The notes beneath the pieces were generated by a model. That model was not told where the DNA came from. It saw only the letters and a list, made by a program, of their open reading frames with translations, and did no database searches. The translations under genes were made by a program, and so were the position numbers. A stretch of 64,000 nucleotides of DNA from Octopus vulgaris. Lineage: Eukaryota. The stretch is taken from NCBI GenBank assembly GCA_951406725.2, contig OX597826.1, positions 53,444,001-53,508,000 on the forward strand, in the 5' to 3' direction. Below are positions 1 to 11,388 of the stretch, piece by piece; position 1 is the stretch's first letter, and every line of letters starts with the position of its first letter.

Positions 1-410
1 CATTTTGGTCTTGCTGATGTAACCTCTATTTCTGGCTTTCTCCTTCTATATTTTGGATAGGAGTCATTCCTAGTTCAGTAGCTTGTAGGAAATCTTTGGG
101 AAATTGTTTGGAACATTTTCTGTCAATCATACATGGACCACATCATAGAGTTCTTTATCTTGCTCTTTGTTAGGGATTTCTGCAGAAATTGCTAAATTCT
201 TCAGCTTTGATTTTGCGCTCTGGAGCTATCCAAAAAAGAAAGTGTGCATGGGGTAAACCTCTCTTTTGGTACTCAATGGTGTACAGTCATGCGTACAAAG
301 TACCAAATATTCCCTTTTTCATGTTCCATAAACTTTTTCACTTTTAATCTGAAGATTCTCATAAAATGATATTTGGTTGATCTCTTGACCAGGAGCCAAA
401 TTGCCGTAAT
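1..410 (-). mobile_element. Degenerate Helitron Rep (HUH endonuclease) coding remnant
   Basis: Frameshifted reverse-strand peptides RIFRLKVKK, LYTIEYQKRGLPHAHFLFW (HUH motif), ISAEIPNKEQDKELYDVV, CMIDRKCSKQFPKDF, DSYPKYRRR. Confidence 0.9.
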
Positions 411-529
411 TCTAGTATTTTGTTATAGATAAAATATATAAATTTGCAGAATCTTTCTTTAAAAGGGAGGTAATTTTGTTGTTTTACATTGAATTGATAG
501 AAAAACCCCATGATAATAGAGGTTCAAAC

Positions 530-1026
530 ACTCAAGTTATGGGCTTCCAAAATTTGCAGTATAAGGGCATTTAGCCTGCATTAGGGTATCTTAATATTAT
601 TGAAATATGCTGATACTTTGGGAATAGGCATCATTTCTGTTCATTTACCTATGGCTTAAATTTCATATAAATCGATGGGGAAAAATTTTTCAGTGGGGGG
701 TGGGGGGTGTGCCCCCAAGGACCCCTTTGATCACAATGGAATATATTTATCCAAGTAGCCTGGAGAATGTAGTTTCAGAATATATGTGGTTATTGGGGTC
801 TATCTCCAAAACCCTGGAAAATTTTTAGTGGTGGTGGTGGTGGTGATGGTGGGGTTGTGCCACCTGATCAAAATGAAATATATTTATCCAAGTATCCAGG
901 TTAATGTAGTTTCAGAATGTACATGGTTATGGCACAGGGGGGTGGGTATCTATCTCCAAAACCCTAGGAGGAATTCAATAACAAACAAACAGACACACAG
1001 AGGCTACAACTTTATATATATGAGAT
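530..1026 (-). mobile_element. Helitron-like 5' terminal segment with internal ~90-bp direct repeat
   Basis: Minus strand begins TCTCATATATATAAAGTTG..TGTGTGTCTGTTTGTTTG, like the 5' ends of the other Helitrons here; 730-818 is repeated at 866-968. Confidence 0.55.
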
Positions 1027-1139
1027 ATATATATATATAAACCCCTATTACTCCTGAAAATTGTCTTTTTATACCTTCTGTGGACTGGTCAAAACTTACT
1101 ATCTTCCTACACCTTGATCCTTAGATTTTGCCTTTATAT

Positions 1140-1255
1140 ATATTTGCCTTTCATCCTTTCGGGGTCAATAAATTAAGTACCAGTTGTGTACTGGGATCGA
1201 TCTAATCGACTGCCCCCCTCACCAAATTTCAGGCCTTGTGCCTAGAATAGAAAAG
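1140..1255 (+). mobile_element. SINE family B 3' fragment
   Basis: TTTGCCTTTCATCCTTTCGGGGTCAATAAATTAAGTACCAG core shared with full-length copies. Confidence 0.8.
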
Positions 1256-1481
1256 TAAAGAATATTTCTCAACCTTCTTCAATTGGTCATTGAAATTCAT
1301 GCATTAAAATACTTACAGATTTTGTCTAATCAACTGTATAATGAACAGTAGTCATTAGGAAATTGAAAAAAAAAAAAAGAAAAATGTTAATGATTGAGTT
1401 GTTTAAAATTGTGCATGGTGCGCTTTTAGATAGTCACTTTGTCTCAGAATCAATTGTTATATATCGGGAGGATCACTTTAA

Positions 1482-1701
1482 CCCTTTTGTTACCAACCCG
1501 GCTGAAACCGGCTCTGGCTCTGAGTATAAATGTCTTGTTTTCATAATTTTTGAATTAAAATTTTCCACCAAACCTTAGTCACAATTTATGTTTCTAACAC
1601 TATCTGAATGATAACCAAGTTATTTTACTAAATTCTTTGTTATATTTAAAGTAATTGAAAGAAACATAGACCTTCTCAAAATAAATGCAGTAATGAAAGG
1701 G
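1482..1701. mobile_element. piggyBac-like MITE
   Basis: TTAA|CCCTTT...AAAGGG|TTAA termini; internal sequence shared with copies near 5170-5550, 40500-40712 and 59152-59887. Confidence 0.75.
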
Positions 1702-2695
1702 TTAAAGTTTACTAGTAGAAATTTGGACAAGTGTCAACAGGTCGAAATAAGTTCATGTCTTTTGTTTAAGATAGGAATTGGGGTGGTGAATGATCTAGAG
1801 AGTCTCTGAAAGGCAGAGGTCATAGTTCTTCAATCTCTTCTTAAAAACTAGTGCTTTATCTTGTATTGAACATGGAATAGTAGATTGTTCTGAATGTCTT
1901 CTCTTATCTAACTCAGATTAAGTAGTTTTAAGACTCCTGATAAAAGACTGCATCTGGAAGACTAACTTAAGTTGTAGATACACTCACACATAAAAAAGAC
2001 GTAATTAAGGGTCACTTTACATTTTATTTCTAACTTTTAAGTTTCTAATTACCTTTTCATAAAAAAATGTAATTATTAGTTGTCATTTAATTAATAAAAA
2101 TTGTTTTTAATGTGACCTTGTTAGATTGCACTTAATTCAATGTTGTCTTCAACAATAAAAAATGGTTTCCCCACCTTAACCCTGCTCTGAAATAATTAAA
2201 GAAAATATTGTTAGATATAAAGACAATATAGTTAATTGCAATGAAAGGAATATTTTTTCCCTTGATTTTTAAAAGTGAAACTAGAAACCCTTTCAATAAC
2301 CATCCCACTTGGGACAACCTTTGAAATTTTTCTTTTCCTGATTAGCAAACAGAGAGTAAGCATCACAAATTCTACCAACTGTTCAACAAAAACGACATAA
2401 TGGTGAGCTACAGCTGCTGGTAGACTATGTTAAGTGCTTTTAAGAGTCATGATACAAAACTGGTGCAATCAATTAAGTGCAAAAGAAGCCAACATGCAAC
2501 TGCCAAAATATACAATAAAGGGCAAAAGCCTAAACAAAGGGTCTTATATGACATCCTGATATATCCATTAATAATATCTCAAGTAGTTAAACAGATCAAT
2601 TTCATACATAAGTTACCTACACTCAGTACAAAATCTTATTCAATTCTTTAACTCGATTGAATAAGAAAGACTTTCTAAATATATTTGAAGATAAA

Positions 2696-2860
2696 GACGC
2701 AGGAGTTGCTGTGTTGTAAGTAGCTTGCTTACCAACCACATGGTTCCGGGTTCAGTCCCACTGCGTGGTACTTTGGGCAAGTGTCTTCTACTATAGCCTC
2801 GGGCCGACCAAAGCTTTGTGAGTGGATTTGGTAGACTGAAACTGAAAGAAGTCCGTTGTA

Positions 2861-2907
<47 letters not shown>

Positions 2908-3114
2908 ATTTGTTTGTGTGTCTGTGTTTGTCCTCCCAACATCACTTGACAACCGATGCTGGTGTGTTTACATCCCCGTAACTTAGCAGTTCGGCAAAAC
3001 AGACTGATAGAATAAGTACTAGGCTTCCAAAGCATAAGTCCTGGGGTCGATTTGCTTGACTAAAGACGGTGCTCCAGCATGGCCACAGTCAAATGACTGA
3101 AACAAGTAAAAGAG
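2696..3114 (+). mobile_element. tRNA-derived SINE family A (CORE-like), full length
   Basis: A-box-like TGCTGTGTTGT, B-box GGTTCAGTCCC, CTTTGGGCAAGTGTCTT core, internal (TA)n/(TG)n, GTAAAAGA tail; many copies in window. Confidence 0.9.
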
Positions 3115-3371
3115 ATAAAGAAATAATGGAGATACTCCCAGCACTCCATGATAAGTGATGAAGCACCAGATCTTAGAAAGGGACCAAAGTACATTGACCC
3201 CTGCCTTACAGGAGACTTTCTAGGTCACTCATCTTTCCATTCCAATCCTAACAAAATTTCAGCCTGTTGATACTTATCCAAATTTCTACTTGTAAACTTT
3301 AAACAGATCCTCTTGATAAATAGCAAATTATTCTGAATCAACATGACTATCTGAAAGAATAGCATACATAC

Positions 3372-3800
3372 AGGTGTAGGCTTGGCTGTATGGTAAGAGT
3401 CCTGCTTCCTATCCATGTTGTTCTGGGTTCAATCCTAAGGCATGGCACATTGGACAAGCATCTTCTGCTGTAACCTTATGCCAATCAAAACCTTGAGAGT
3501 GGGTTTGGTAGATGGAAGCTGAAAGAAACTCATGTATACATGTGTGTGTGTGTGTGTGTTTGTGTGCACATTAGTGTGTGTTTGTGTCTGTGTTTAACCC
3601 CCCCCCCACCAATTCTTGACAACTGGTGTTGGTGTGCTTATGTTCCCATAACTTAGTGGATCAACAAAAAGTGACCAATTGGATAAGTACCAGGTTTTAA
3701 AAAATTAACTACTGGGGTTAATTTATTCAACTAAAAATTCCTCAAGGCAGTGCCCCAGAATGGCACAGTCTATTGAATGAAATGAGTAAAAGATAAAAGA
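3372..3800 (+). mobile_element. SINE family A, diverged
   Basis: Colinear with 2696-3114. Confidence 0.85.
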
Positions 3801-3879
3801 TAAATTATAAAAGATGCACAATTTTAAATCATTCAATCATTAACATGATTTTTATCAATTTTCTGAGGACTGTTCATTA

Positions 3880-4460
3880 CAAGGTTGATTACACAAAACT
3901 TATAAGTGGTTTCATGCACGAACTTCAATGATTAATTTAATAAATGGCTATTTTGATGTTTGGCTTATACACTTGTTTGACCTTTCAAGGATCCTTCATC
4001 TGATGTTGCAGTCAATCTTCCACTCTTTGAGTTTCCAGATATAATTGGGCAAGTGTTGTGGAATTCCTGTTGTCAATGTATCTGCAGGGTGTGCCATGGT
4101 TATAAAGTCTGTGCTTAAATGTACACTCAACCATCCTGATGTAATGTTTCTTTTCAACTGTCTAGTTTGTCATGGTTGAAGGAATTTCAGCTCCATACAC
4201 TATCAGTTTATATTGCTTACCTGACTTAAACGATTGTCTTCCTTCGTGAACATCCTGGATTGGTATACATTATAGGTTTGTTGGTAATACATTCCTTCAC
4301 GTAGGAATTCCATCAGTTGTTGATTTCAACAGAACACCTGTTGAAAATTTTCTTCCTCCTATAAATAATGGGAAATGCTTATCTAAAAAGGTCAGCAATG
4401 TCTTCTATTAAAACATTTAATGGAAAAGGAGTGTAAACCAAAAAATCATTCAGGATCTAT
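3880..4460 (-). mobile_element. Penelope-like retroelement remnant (RT-linker and GIY-YIG endonuclease)
   Basis: Frameshifted peptides IFWF, LLTFLDKHFP, KKIFNR, IVYGAEI..KHYIRMVECTFKHRLYNH..NRNSTTLA, NYIWKLKEWKIDCNIR*RILER, typical of PLE GIY-YIG C-termini. Confidence 0.85.
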
Positions 4461-4617
4461 ATCTGGATTAAGAAGGTTGAGTATATGAGGTGTTAGTAGA
4501 ATTTTTTTCTTTTTTAACCACACAGTTATGCTTTCATAATTACTATAATTTCTAAACCATCAATGTTTCTACTGGCAAATTTCATGGCTTTAACTAGCAG
4601 TGCCTTAGATAGCAAGT

Positions 4618-4669
4618 GATAGAAGACCCTGATTGATAGAAGACCCTCATACAATCAGGGTCTTCTATC
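4618..4669. repeat. Short inverted repeat with internal duplication
   Basis: GATAGAAGACCCTGATTG ... CAATCAGGGTCTTCTATC 18-bp perfect arms; the loop repeats ATAGAAGACCCT. Confidence 0.85.
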
Positions 4670-4774
4670 CACATTTCTAATGTCTCTGAAACAGGTGATG
4701 ACTGTTACCTCATTTCAGTTGCCTTCCTAATTTTGTTTATATTTCTTAGTAAATTCAGCTTTGAGAAATCACAG

Positions 4775-4970
4775 CTTCAATACTAAGGACATATGATTAG
4801 AATTGGACAAGAAAGAACTAGAAGATGGACTTTTCAAACCCAAGCCCCCAACCAGCAGAAACCCTAGGAGTAGACAAAGAATGAGATGGTTGGATATCCA
4901 TAGTCTCAGGCAGTCACACTTGAGAATCTAGCCACAAAGTCTAATGGTAGTTGCTTCTGAGAGGACCATG
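4775..4970 (+). mobile_element. Old RTE-like LINE 3' fragment
   Basis: GHMIRIGQER and RNPRSRQRMRWLD resemble the GHxxR..GRPRxRW end of RTE ORFs. Confidence 0.5.
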
Positions 4971-5326
4971 TGGAGGAGATGCCTGAGGACTCCACCAACA
5001 CCTTCACAGGAACAGAGGGCAGAGAAGATGGACAGCTGAGATATATTTCTATTTCAGATGGATTTATTAGTCTATTAGTCTATCACTAGGTTTATTTTTG
5101 AAGTGTGCTTCGTGATCTTTTAACTTTTAACATTATAAAGGTCTCTTGTTTAGCATAGCATTCTATTCCATTTCAATTTTCTTAATTTAATTATCTTTGT
5201 TTCAATTAATTTTGAATATAATGAAGAATTTAATAATGACAAATAACTTTGACATTATTAAGCTGGTGGTTGAAACATAGATTAGCATGAAATTTTAATG
5301 GACAGTTTTTATTTTGAACACTTTAA

Positions 5327-5546
5327 CCCCTTGGCTTGGAATGCATTGGCGCTGTTTCAATTACATTTGAAAATGATGTAGAATTGAATAAAATAACTTT
5401 GTCATTATTCAGTTGGTAATTAGAAGATAAATTAACATGAAATTCCATTGGAAGATTTGCTTTTGTTTTAAAACTAAGATCACTTTCAAACAGCAAGTTT
5501 ATATCAAAGAACAAAGGGAGTCTCAGTTGAGATGGTATCAAAAGGG
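5327..5546. mobile_element. piggyBac-like MITE
   Basis: TTAA|CCCC...AAAGGG|TTAA; inverse homologue of 1482-1701. Confidence 0.7.
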
Positions 5547-5618
5547 TTAAGCTAGTAAAATTGACATTTTTGGTTAACTAATTTTTACTCAGCTTGTATA
5601 AATATTTATACATATATA

Positions 5619-6395
5619 TCATCATCCTCATCGTCATCATTTAACATCCATTCTCCATGCTGGCATGGATTGGACAGTTTGACCAGGGTTGGCAAGCTGG
5701 AAGGTTGCACCAGACTTCAGTCTGATTTGGCATGGTTTCTATGGCTGGATGCCCTTCCTAATGCCAAACACTCTGAGAGTGTAATGGGTGCTTTTACATG
5801 CCACTGGTACAGATGCCATTTGTGTGACACCAGTATTTGCCATGACTGTGATCTTACTTGGCTTGATGGGTCTTCTTCTCAAGCATGATGCAATGCCAAA
5901 GGTCTCAGTCATTCGTCATTGCCTCTGTGAGGCCCAACACTCAAAAGGAGCTTTTCACATTTCATCAGTATCAGCCACTTTGCCTCCATAAGGTCCAATG
6001 CTGAAAAGGTGCTTTTTACGTGCCACTGGCACAGTTGCCAGTCATCGGACACCAGCATCATCCACGACTACAATTTCACTTGGCTTCATGGGTCTTCTCA
6101 AACACAGCATGTTACCAAAGGTCTTAGTCATTGCCTCTGTAAGGCTCAAAGTTTGAAGATCGTGCTTCACCACCTTGTCCCATGTCTTCCTGGGTCTACC
6201 TCTTCCACAGGTTCCCTCCACAGTAGGAGATTGGCACTTCTTTATACAGTTATCCTTGTCCATATACATCACATGACCATACCAGCACAGTCATCTCTCT
6301 TGCACACCACATCTGGTGCCTCTAATGCCCAACTTTCCTCTCAAGATGCTTACACACTGTCAAACATGCACACTGACATTGCACATCCAACAAAA
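5619..6395 (-). mobile_element. RTE-clade LINE 3' end (RT C-terminus, 3'UTR, (GAT)n tail)
   Basis: WMCNVS..LRGKLGI..WYGHVMYMD..VEGTCGRGRPRKTWDKVVKHDL; the 3'UTR is shared with the short family C elements. Confidence 0.88.
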
Positions 6396-6713
6396 CTGTT
6401 GATTGTTTTTCTTGGCTTTTGAATTGCACTATAATTCTAATAACAGTAGCAAAAAGAATTTGAAGATTTTCGGCAATTTTTCACTGGCTAAGACCAGCCT
6501 CAGATTACCCAACAATATGAACTCTTTAAAAATCTGACAGTTGTACTGGATTTTTTGTGCGTGGCATGGTTACTCTTCGCAAATGTTTAATATAATGCCA
6601 CCTGGAATAAAAAAGAATAATTACATTGTAAATTCTACACCGCTGAAAACATATTAAGATGCTTAGATCAGAAATTTAAAAAATTAAAGGTGTCTATTTA
6701 CTTCCTGCATGTC

Positions 6714-6746
<33 letters not shown>

Positions 6747-7499
6747 TTCCATTCGTGCGGTACCTTACAACTTCACTTTGTTATATATATATATATTTGT
6801 ACTGTATTGTATCAGATTAATCAAACTTACCTTAAAAAGAAAACAAAAAGTACCCACTCAGCCAAGGGCATTTTAGAAAGCTTCAATATTTATTTGTGCA
6901 TTAGTCATTAGTCAAACTCTGTAGGAAACGCATACCAGGATGATGAATAAAGACAAACGAATCAAATTGCACTAAATTTGTTTTTAATGATCATTGAAAG
7001 AAAAAAAAAAAAAATTGAAAAGTAATAAAAGCAGCTAACAAAAAGAACTGCTAGCAGTTAATCAAATTGAGGTAACAACTACCTGTTGTTTTAAGTAACC
7101 CTCTCATTTAGAGGGGAGGGGGACGGGAAAGGAGGGGAAGAAGAAGAAGAAGAAGAAAAGAAGGAGAGGAGGAGGAGGAGGAGAAAGAGGTGATTTGTTG
7201 GAAAAAGTTAGGGATTAGGAAGAAAGAATATTTTTCTTTATTTACGAAAACTGTTTTATCATTATTATTCTTATTATTATTTAAAAGTTTTTTTGTTTTT
7301 TTTTTGCATAAATTGCTCACCTACAAAAGGTGTGAGACATATTATTACACCACAAGAGACTGCTGAAAAGAAAAGTACTGATTGTGAGGTGGTTGAGATG
7401 AGGCAGTGGTTGTGGTGTTTTGGGTGGGGAGGTGGGGGCTTTGTTAAGTGGGTAATCTGTCGCATGATAAATTACACTTCAAAAATACATTACAGAATA

Positions 7500-7790
7500 A
7501 ACGTGTGGTAATGGTTGAGTCTGTGATGGCGATGATGATGTTGGTGATGGTGGTGTTGGTGATGGTCGTTGTGATGGTGGTGGTTATTGTGATGGTAGTG
7601 ATGATGGTTTTTTGTGATTATAGTGATGGGGGTGATGGTGGTGTTGGTGTTGTTGTTGGTAGTTGTTGTAGTGGTAGTGGTGATGCTTTCTGTGATGCTA
7701 GTGATGGCGGGGTGGTTTTGGTGATGGCGTTGTTGTTGATGGTGTTGGTGTTGTTGGTGATGGTAGTGGTGAAACCAAAGGATTATTGAT
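7500..7790. repeat. GGT/GAT/GTT low-complexity tract
   Basis: Mixed trinucleotide repeats; complementary CAC/CAT tract at 7935-8020. Confidence 0.85.
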
Positions 7791-8154
7791 TGCATAAACA
7801 AAAAAAAGCCCACGACCAATTTTAACAATGTCTTAACGATGTTCTGAATCATATTTTAATGAGTTTTAGCTTCCATCTTGTTCTCAAATTTACCATGTTT
7901 TCGCAAGTTCAATTACTTCTTTAAATTTTCAATCCATCATTACCATCACCACCACCACCACCATTGTCGTCATCATCGTCATTGTCAGCAGCAGCAGTTT
8001 CATAATCGTCCTCTTCATCAACATCTAGTGTCTGTGTTCCATACTGACATTGGTTGGATGGTTCGACCACATGTGATGGGCCCAAAAACTGCACTATTCT
8101 CTAGTATCTGCTTACCAGTTTTCAGTGAAACCTGTGCCAGCATGGAAAACGGAT

Positions 8155-8840
8155 GTGGCTGTGTGGTAAGTAGCTGGCTTACCAACCACATGGTTCCAGG
8201 TTCAGTCCCACAGCGGCACATCTAGAGCAAGTGTCTTCTACTATAGCCTCGGGCTGACCAAAGCCTTGTGAGTGGATTTGGTAGATGGAAACTGAAAGAA
8301 GCCCATCGTCACATGCACCTTTGTGTTGGGGGCACCTTCATATTGGAAGTCACTTGACCCTGTTATCTCTCCTACTGTCCTTCTCGCGTCTGACCACTGT
8401 CCGAAGTCAGGACGCCATGATAGATAGTTAGCTCCTACACGCATTTTTTTCTCTCCTTGTTTTTTTTCTGTGTATCTTTCTGTCGAAGAGCGTAGACTCA
8501 AAACGTAAAAGACTTTTTCTATTTCTATTCCTGAGCGCTATACTAATACATTTGTTTGTTTGTACTCCCCCTGCCTTCGTCATTTGTTTATTTTCGTAAA
8601 CTTTCCCTTTATATATATAGGTATATGTGTGTGCGTTTGTGTGTCTGTGTTTGTCCCCCCAACATTGCTTGACAACCGATGCTGGTGTGTTTATGTCCCC
8701 CGTAACTTAGCGGTTCGGCAAAAGAGACTGATAGAATAAGTACTAGGCTTACAAAAAATAAGTCCTGGGGTTGATTTGCTCGACTAAAGGTGGTGCTCCA
8801 GCATGACCGCAGTCAAATGACTGAAACAAGTAAAAGAGTA
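8155..8840 (+). mobile_element. SINE family A interrupted by an insertion at 8311-8610
   Basis: Head 8155-8310 and tail 8611-8840 are colinear with 2696-3114. Confidence 0.88.
8311..8610 (+). mobile_element. Penelope pLTR-like relic with degenerate hammerhead motif (8475-8512)
   Basis: TCTTT-CTGTCGA-A-GAG-cgtaga-CTC-AAAA-CGTA-AAAGA; similar downstream CCTGAGC..TAATAC..TTTGTT block at 15433 and 36505. Confidence 0.6.
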
Positions 8841-9487
8841 ATGATGATGATGATATATACAAATAAATAAATAAGTAACAATTGTTAGTTACTTATTTTT
8901 AATTCACCAATCTTGCAACATGCCCCTTGCATGTCCTGCAGCATATTATGGACTGTATATTTAATAAAATATACATGTTTGAATAGCTCTTTACATGTTT
9001 ATATTCATAATTTAATTTTAATTTTATCTCATTTTGACCCTATTTTATCCCAATCTAACTTTATACTAGTTTATCCTAATTCTCTTTTAATTTTATCATT
9101 TTGATTTTTAATTCTGTGTTCAGTTTTCAGCATTATTACTTTAAATATGCATTTTAAAGATTTATTTCTTTCATTTTCATTTATCCATTCATTTTTATTT
9201 ATTCATACCCTCCCCCCATCTCTATGAGTTCTATATTATACGTCTTAACAGGGTCAAAAGCCGCCAGTATATACAGACTCTTAGGGCAAAAAACTCAGTA
9301 TCCATTGATACGTCATTAAAATAAACACACCTAATTGTTCATCTACTAAATGAAGTTAATCAAAGAAAAAGAATTTATAAGGGATGTAATTATTTTTACA
9401 GCAACAATGCTCTCCTCAATACATGTGACATACCAGTTAAAACAAACTGTTTCTTTGCACTTTTTGCATGGATGGTAAGCCAGGGAT

Positions 9488-9725
9488 CATCATCATCATC
9501 ATCATCGTTTAGCGTCCGCTTTCCATGCTAGCATGGGTTGGACGGTTCAACTGGGATCTGGGAAGCCAGAAGACTGCACCAGGCCCAGTCTGATCTGGCA
9601 ATGTTTCTACGGCTGGATGCCCTTACTAATGCCAACCACTCCATGAGTGTAGTGGGTGTTTTTTACGTGCCACCGGCACAGGTGCCAGACGAGGCTGGCA
9701 AACGGCCACGATCGGATGGTACTTT
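9488..9725 (-). mobile_element. Family C element (RTE-tail SINE or truncated LINE)
   Basis: (CAT)n-CGTTTAGCGTCCGCTTTCCATGCTAGCATGGG..GGCTGGATGCCCTT on +; same tail as 5619-6395. Confidence 0.85.
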
Positions 9726-10453
9726 TTATGATCATTCTCAAATAATTTTCAGTTCCATATTTTTGATTGGTCCAAGTTATTATTATTATTATTATTATTA
9801 TCATCATCATCATTATCCACTTCTTTTAATTTCGTTTCCGTCTCTTGCCAAGTGTCTTCCTGACACCTAGGGCAAAGAAACTCACTGTATACATTGATAT
9901 GCCATTAAAATAAACACACCAGATTGTTCATTTACAGTCATGATAGAAAAAAAAAGGGGGAAGAAAGAAAGAAAAAAATGGGATTGTTATTATTATTTGT
10001 TTATTTATTTATTAGGAATACTATTATCATATCACTTACCCATTCACCTTTTTGAGATCTGCTTTTCTGTATGACCATTTCCAATTTTCACTGATGATGG
10101 AGTGGTTATATTATTACCACCACAACCACCTTCTTCTTCTTCTTCTAAGTGATTTGGAATTACTATTGTCTAAGCCCTGTCTGCCATTTTTATTTATGTT
10201 CTATACTTATTGTTTTCTCCTACTATAAGCGACATACAACGCTTGACTGTCATATATTGTAAGAGTGTACCTTTTAATGCAAGTCTGAGAAAATGCCACT
10301 CCAATGTTTAAAACCCAAAATATTATGTAACTTTGCACATGAAACTTTTGCATGCAATGGCAGTAAAAACAGAGTGGTATTGAAACTATTGTAACTAGCC
10401 ATTAAAGATGTGCTAAGCCCTTTCTTGGACTTCTTATTTGTAATATGTATATA

Positions 10454-10760
10454 TCTTTATATATAAAATTGAAGTTGTGTGTGTGAGACTCTGTCTCCTC
10501 CGATTTAGATTCCTAACTACTCCCACATGTTGCGGTGCAGTTTAACCAAAAGCGGGTATCTTATAGTCGTCATTCATATTGAGCCCTTCTGGGTATTAGC
10601 GTGCATCTACGATGAGTCTACAATTTAAAAAAAAATTTACCATCATTTTTCCGCATTTTTAATGATTTTTGCTTGGGTTATATAAGGGAAGTAACTCTCT
10701 AAAAATGCTTATGTAGTTATTTCCCTTACAAACCCGAGCAACGCCGGGAGATACTGCTAG
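10454..10760 (+). mobile_element. Non-autonomous Helitron, copy 1
   Basis: A|TC 5' end, subterminal hairpin CCCGAGCAACGCCGGG, CTAG|T 3' end, no TSD. Confidence 0.88.
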
Positions 10761-10770
10761 TATATATATA

Positions 10771-11189
10771 TGGGGAAAGTAAGATGAAAAATAGCGAAAA
10801 TGCACATTGAATATCAAAAAAGACTAAAGGTTTTTTTATGATAAGTAGTAATAAATAAATACAATTAGATGAACTAAGGTAGAATTAAGAGGAATAAAAT
10901 TCATTATTTTGAATTGTTAAAGAGATTCAATGTTAAACCGGTGTCATCATTGCTGTTCACTGGCTTTGAAAGTGAACAACAATGACGACATTGAACAGCC
11001 AGTGAACAGCAATGACAACACCAGTTTGACTTTGAATTTCTTTAACAATTCAAAATAATGAATTAAATTCCTCTTAATTCTACCTCAGTTCATCTAATTG
11101 TATTTATTTATCGCTACTTTTCATAAAAAAGCCTTTACTCTTTTGATATTCAATGTGCATTTTCACTTTTTTTCTTCTTACTTTCCCCA
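10771..11189. repeat. Long foldback palindrome (~195-bp arms)
   Basis: 10771-10965 is the imperfect reverse complement of 10997-11189. Confidence 0.92.
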
Positions 11190-11234
11190 CATCTTTCCCA
11201 CGTGTAGTTCTATTTTCTTTTTGAAACATATTTC

Positions 11235-11283
<49 letters not shown>

Positions 11284-11388
11284 CACACGTAGATGTTGAA
11301 CGATGAAAATGAGTGCTCTTCTTTATTTCTGCATAAGGGCTACTACCATTGCTTTCATGTTAAGAAAATAAAAAAATATCTTAATATA

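Noticed and set aside
2640-3035. Recurring ORFs with ARGYSRRHLPKVP / GTEPGTMWL
   Set aside because: Antisense translation of SINE family A; the same peptide recurs at each copy
7448-7852. Poly-Val/Met and poly-His/Thr ORFs
   Set aside because: Trinucleotide low-complexity tract open on both strands; no splice or domain support
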